Assembly (NCBI GenBank): GCA_002269645.1 | Contig: NIVC01000604.1 | Location: forward strand, 310,001 to 374,000 | Origin: Macrostomum lignano | Taxonomy: Eukaryota | DNA length: 64,000 bases | Reading direction: 5' to 3' | Part shown: in pieces, positions 52,535 through 64,000 of the stretch | Position numbering within the stretch: the first letter of the stretch is position 1 | Layout: every line of letters starts with the position of its first letter | Notes under the pieces: generated by a model | Seen by the model: only the letters and a program-made list of their open reading frames with translations | Told to the model about the DNA's origin: nothing | The model's database searches: none | Made by a program: the position numbers and the translations under genes

Positions 52535-53510
52535 GAATCCGCCCCCCCCCCAATTCCACTAGAATCCGCCCCCTAATTCCACTAGAATCCGCCCCAATTC
52601 CTCTAGAATCCGCTCCTAGTTCCACTAGAATCCGCCCCCAATTCCACTAGATCCTCCCCCTAATTCCACAAGAATCCGCCTCTAATTTCTCTAGTAGCCG
52701 CCATCTAATTCCCCTAGAATCCGCCCCATAATTTCTCTAGAATCCGCCCCCAATTCCACTAGAATCCGCCCTAAATTCCACTAGAATCCGCCCCCAATTC
52801 CGCTAGAATCCGCCCCCAATTCCACTAGAATCCGCCCCCAATTCCACTAGATCCTCCCCCTAATTCCACAAGAATCCGCCCCTAATTTCTCTAGTAGCCG
52901 CTATCTAATTCCCCTAGAATCCGCCCCATAATTTCTCTAGAATCCGCCCCCAATTCCACTAGAATCCGCCCTAAATTCCACTAGAATCCGCCCCCAATTC
53001 CGCTAGAATCCGCCCCCAATTCCACTAGAATCCGCCCCCAATTCCACTAGAATCCGCCCTAAATTCCACTAGAATCCGCCCCCAATTCCGCTAGAATCCG
53101 CCCCCAATTCCACTAGAATCCGCCCTAAATTCCACTAGAATCCGCCCCCAATTCCACTAGAATCCGCCCTAAATTCCACTAGAATCCGCCCCCAATTCCA
53201 CTAGAATCCGCACTAAATTCCACTAGAATCCGCCCCCAATTCCGCTAGAATCCGCCCCCAATTCCACTAGAATCCGCCCCCAATTCCACTAGAATCCGCC
53301 CTAAATTCCACTAGAATCCGCCCCCAATTCCGCTAGAATCCGCCCCCAATTCCACTAGAATCCGCCCTAAATTCCACTAGAATCCGCCCCCAATTCCACT
53401 AGAATCCGCCCTAAATTCCACTAGAATCCGCCCCCAATTCCACTAGAATCCGCCCCCAATTCCACTAGAATCCGCCCCCACTTCCACTAGAATCCGCCCC
53501 TCATTCCCCG
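52535..53510. repeat. 22-bp minisatellite AATTCCACTAGAATCCGCCCCC (~44 copies) downstream of LLPH
   Basis: Direct reading. Confidence 0.95.
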
Positions 53511-54769
53511 AGAACCCGCCCCCTAACTCTGTTAGTAATCCAGGGCCGACAATTTGCTATAGCGATTTAATTCTTGAAGCAAAAACTGCTTTAGCATTTC
53601 TTCTTATTCCAAACTTAATGAAGTTGTATGGGTTACTCCAGTCACTTATAAATAAACTTGAGATCTGAAAATTCGCCATATTGTCCGGTTCTCTCCTGGC
53701 ATTTTCGGTTGCTCAGCCGTTGGAATAATTGCTTCTGAATTTGATCTTCATTTCTCTTTCCTTTATTTTTTAAAGTACATGCATTTTGTAGCTCTTTTAA
53801 ACCGCTGAATGCTGCTATTGAATGCGCGTGCACCAATGGAAAGTGCAACCGTCCCATGCTACTCAAAGTACAGTAGCGCGGAGACCACACTGCGTGTCTC
53901 TGAGGAGTGTCGCATGCTGCCCATCTGCCGGCCGTCGCGGATTCGCCATTGCGAAAGCATTGGTAAAGTCAGGGTCGCAATCGCTGTAGTATGACAGATT
54001 CCCAGCCCGCCTGCGCAACCTCGAGCAAAAAAGGCAATAAAAATAATTAATGTTAGCAACTCGCGCCGCCCTTTGCTCACCGCATGGGGTCCGTCTGGAG
54101 AGTCGAATAGTGCCGCCGCAACCGAAAATCCCCAAAAACTGGGATTCCCAGCCCCGGCGGCGATTTGCCCTTCCTTCCCCCCTCGGAGACTGGCCGATGA
54201 GAACAACTGACTCCGTTCCCGGGGTCCTTAACCTCGGGCTTCGATGGGGAGCCCCGCGGGGCAGGGCGCTGATTGGGATGGGAGTGTCCGGGCCTGGCTT
54301 GATACTGTTAATAATGGGCTGCGGCTCTGAGTGCCCGACCGTGTTTTTTTCTCCGTGTTTATTGTCGCCGAGATTGCTCCCGTGAAGTGTTTGAGCAGGC
54401 AAGTCTGCCCCCCCCCCCTATTGTTGCGGCATGTTTTTTGCGCGCCTCGGGGCTGAGAGCTGTTCTCCAAATATGGTTTTTTCAATGAAAAGGTTGGGCC
54501 TAAACACCACCTATAGCTTTGGAATGAAAATCAACTACGGCTCGTAGATGCTTGAGATTTGACAGTTTTCGACAAACTGCTTCTGCTCTGCTTCAAAGCA
54601 GTCGCGGAAGTTGTGGCTGCGGTTTTTTTAGTCGGGTAATTCTTCTTTCCGTAATTAATTGCACCTTGGTGTTGCAGTGTTTTGCTTTTTTACCGTGCAT
54701 ATGCATGATTATAAGTCTCTTGAATCGTAATCCTAAAAAGCACTTTTATCTAGCGTCCCATAAGAATCC

Positions 54770-55435
54770 CAAGCAGACACTTCAGAATCTCCAGCAGACA
54801 CATTTGAGAATTCTCAAAAAGCAGACACTTCGCAGTCCCAAGCAGACACATTTCAGAGCCCCAAGCAGACACATTTCAGAGCCCCAAGCAGACACATTTC
54901 AGAGCCCCAAGCAGACACATTTCAGAGCCCCAAGCAGACACATTTCAGAGCCCCAAGCAGACACATTTCAGAGCCCCAAGCAGACACATTTCAGAGCCCC
55001 AAGCAGACACATTTTAGAGCCCCAAGCAGACACATTTCAGAGCCCCAAGCAGACACATTTCAGAGCCCCAAGCAGACACATTTCAGAGCCCTAAGCAGAC
55101 ACATTCCAGAGCCCCAAGCAGACACATTTGAGAGCCCCAAGCAGACACATTTGAGAGCCCCAAGCAGACACAGTTCAGAGCCCCAAGCAGACACATTTCA
55201 GAGCCCCAAGCAGACACATTTCAGAGCCCCAAGCAGACACATTTGAGAGCCCCAAGCAGACACATTTCAGAGCCCCAAGCAGACACATTTCAGAGCCTCA
55301 AGCAGACACATTCCAGAGCCCCAAGCAGACACATTTCAGAGCCCCAAGCAGACACATTTCAGAGCCCCAAGCAGACACATTTGAGAGCCCCAAGCAGACA
55401 CATTTTAGAGCCCCAAGCAGACACATTTCAGAGCC
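54770..55435. repeat. 23-bp minisatellite CAGAGCCCCAAGCAGACACATTT
   Basis: About 28 tandem units. Confidence 0.95.
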
Positions 55436-57675
55436 AATACATCAAATTAGAGCATCTAAATTTAAACATCTAATTGCCTGTCATACACATCGCTGTCAAT
55501 GAAGGACCATGCAACTTTTTACATTGCTGTCTACTCAATGTATAGGCCAATAACTCGCTTGTCTGCTGTTAAGAATTGAGGGCCGAGGGCTCAAAATAAC
55601 TTTGAGCAGCTTTCCTGTGAGTGTCTGGACTCGGCTGTAGCCATGGCAGGTTGCCTTGAGCTGCATATTTATTAGACTGCATTCGCCAATTAATGGATTT
55701 GTCTGCTCGCGGGACCGCCCGCCACGCCCCGTGCTTTGGGCTCTGGTGGCCCCGTCAATTGATTCGGGGGCCCGAAAGGCCAGACAGAAAAGGCAGGAGT
55801 TGAATCTGCGTCTGCACAAGCATCGAAACACTTCATGTGCGCGCATGGAGAGTTGCCAGGGCCTGCTGCCCCGCCCTCCTGTGAGGTGGTGCAGCTCTCT
55901 GTGCTCGACTATGATGCAGCACAATTAACTGTTGCTGGCTGCTTGTTGCCTCTGCATTGTTGAGATGAGCCACTCCTGCCACTCCAGCCCCCCACTCTTA
56001 CCCTGGGGCTTTCCCATGACTTCTTGACAAAGGCGCTGTTCTCATGGTGCTGACAATGGCTTAGCGGGGGGTTAGAGACGCTCGGCCACCGCTCAATGTG
56101 TGACACCTTTGATGGACAGGCCTGTGAGAGCGAGTCCGAGTCAAAGAGCCAGGGGTATACAGGGCATACCTCCAGTCCGCGCAGGGCCTCTTGAGCCACC
56201 CTGCCGGGCTAATTACTGCCGCTGACTGTCAGCGACAAGAGAGCAGTCCAGCGCTTCTCACGAGTTCACCTTCTCTTCTACAGCTGAGCTCCCGTTCAAG
56301 CAGGGGGGACTGACTGCCGGCTGCTGCAGCCACCCACTTTGCCGCGGCTGACTGATGAGAGCTGTCAACCTGACAGCCGCCGCGGCCGCTGATTCGCGGG
56401 CGGTCCCGCCTTCCCAGCCTCCTCATCAGCGTCATCACGGTTTGAGTCTTTTTTTGTCCGGCTCTGTCTCTCGGCTCTCAGGCGTGAGACCATGGACTCC
56501 CGCTGAGTCGGTTGCTGCCAAATTGCCGTTGCTTTTAGTAGACGCAATTGGCTCTGCAATTTGCCCGACCAGGCGGTCGCTTTCCGGCCACCAACCCCCC
56601 CCCCCCCTATTTTCGAGTCCCCGACTTCGCCACTCAACTTTGGTCTGTCTCGGCGAGATTCCCATGAGCCCTCGAGTCAGCGAAGGCTGTCTCGTCTAGA
56701 CATAATAGAGTATAAGTTCGCGCTCAACAAGGTGCGCCCTGCATTTGCATGTGCGATTATCAGCAAGTACTGTCTCACTATACAGCAAAACCCGCGTGTT
56801 CGGTAGTGGACCACGGGCTGGGGGCGTTTCGTGAACTCAAAATTTCATATTCATCGAAAAGAGTTGCTTGGCAATTGCCATTTCCGTTAGTTCAAAACTT
56901 CTGGTAACGGAAACTTTGTTCACTTTTAAATATTCCAGTGGCCCTGAAATATAATGAAATACATTAAAATAGGCGAATTCTCGTTTTGATTGTCCATTCC
57001 ACATTCTATGCTTGTCGAGCCTGTGGCCTGGCTTGAATGTCCACGGCATCCCGTTTTGATTTTCCAAACTCCCATTTAGATCGTTAACTGACTGTTTTAA
57101 GCGCTTTAGTTAATATTAGTTTTTTATTGAAATGAATCTAAAAACAACTTTAAAGAACGCCTCTGATTTCGCATTGATTTGTTGTATTGTATAATTTTAG
57201 TGCAGCTGCACTCACGGCACACGAACGCCTTGGGCGGGGGGAGTACAGTACGTATGCACCACAGTCAGGATCAGGGGTAGCGATCTCTAAAAGAAGTACA
57301 GAAAAACAACGTTTGCACACAAGCAAACGAGAGGCATGCAAACAGCAAGCAGAAGATACAAAATGAGCAAATAATAACATTCAATGTGTTGTGTCGGCCC
57401 GGTTGCTACAAAAATTGATAAATATTCGCGAGCACCGCAGTCGAAGTTAAACAAAAATAGAAAACGCACAAAACGCTAAAAATATTGGAAGCAAATACGA
57501 TAGAAAAACAAAAATTAAATTTATATTTAAAGAAATTTTCGCCCATACATATTTGGCAATTCTACGTGAGCTTTGCTGCAGTTCAGAAACAGCGGCTGCA
57601 TTGAGAGTTCTGTTCATTTTAAGCTCGTGTGTTATCAAGGTCCGCAGTCCCCCAGCATCCATGGCGGCGTCATCA

Positions 57676-64000
<6,325 letters not shown>

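Noticed and set aside
53863-56700. Several GC-rich ORFs between LLPH and the NR2E1 3' end
   Set aside because: No coherent exon chain or protein motif; chance ORFs in GC-rich DNA.

Overview
This is eukaryotic animal DNA, not prokaryotic. GC-rich spliced exons, minisatellite-filled introns and polyAla tracts suggest a Macrostomum-like flatworm (inference only). The window has two GC-rich gene compartments (1-27.6 kb and 48.6-64 kb) around an AT-rich, transposon-filled block (~27.6-48.6 kb). Genes: the 5' half of a Nav2-clade (DSC1/BSC1-like) voltage-gated channel (minus, 13 exons reconstructed by splice phase, runs off the left edge); a two-exon gene of unknown function; an apparently truncated CCDC177-like gene; intronless DAD1 and LLPH; and a tailless/NR2E1-type nuclear receptor (minus, starts off the right edge). 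Almost every intron longer than ~300 nt carries its own private tandem array, and several arrays are built from, or abut, splice-site sequence. The AT-rich block holds a Merlin derivative, hAT-type MITEs, a 4-kb long-TIR element with a 10-bp TSD, a ~7.9-kb foldback-like element with repeat-filled inverted arms around a mariner remnant, and a decayed Ty3/gypsy element with a tRNA-iMet PBS. A tRNA-derived SINE family occurs three times. All calls were made by eye, with no database search.
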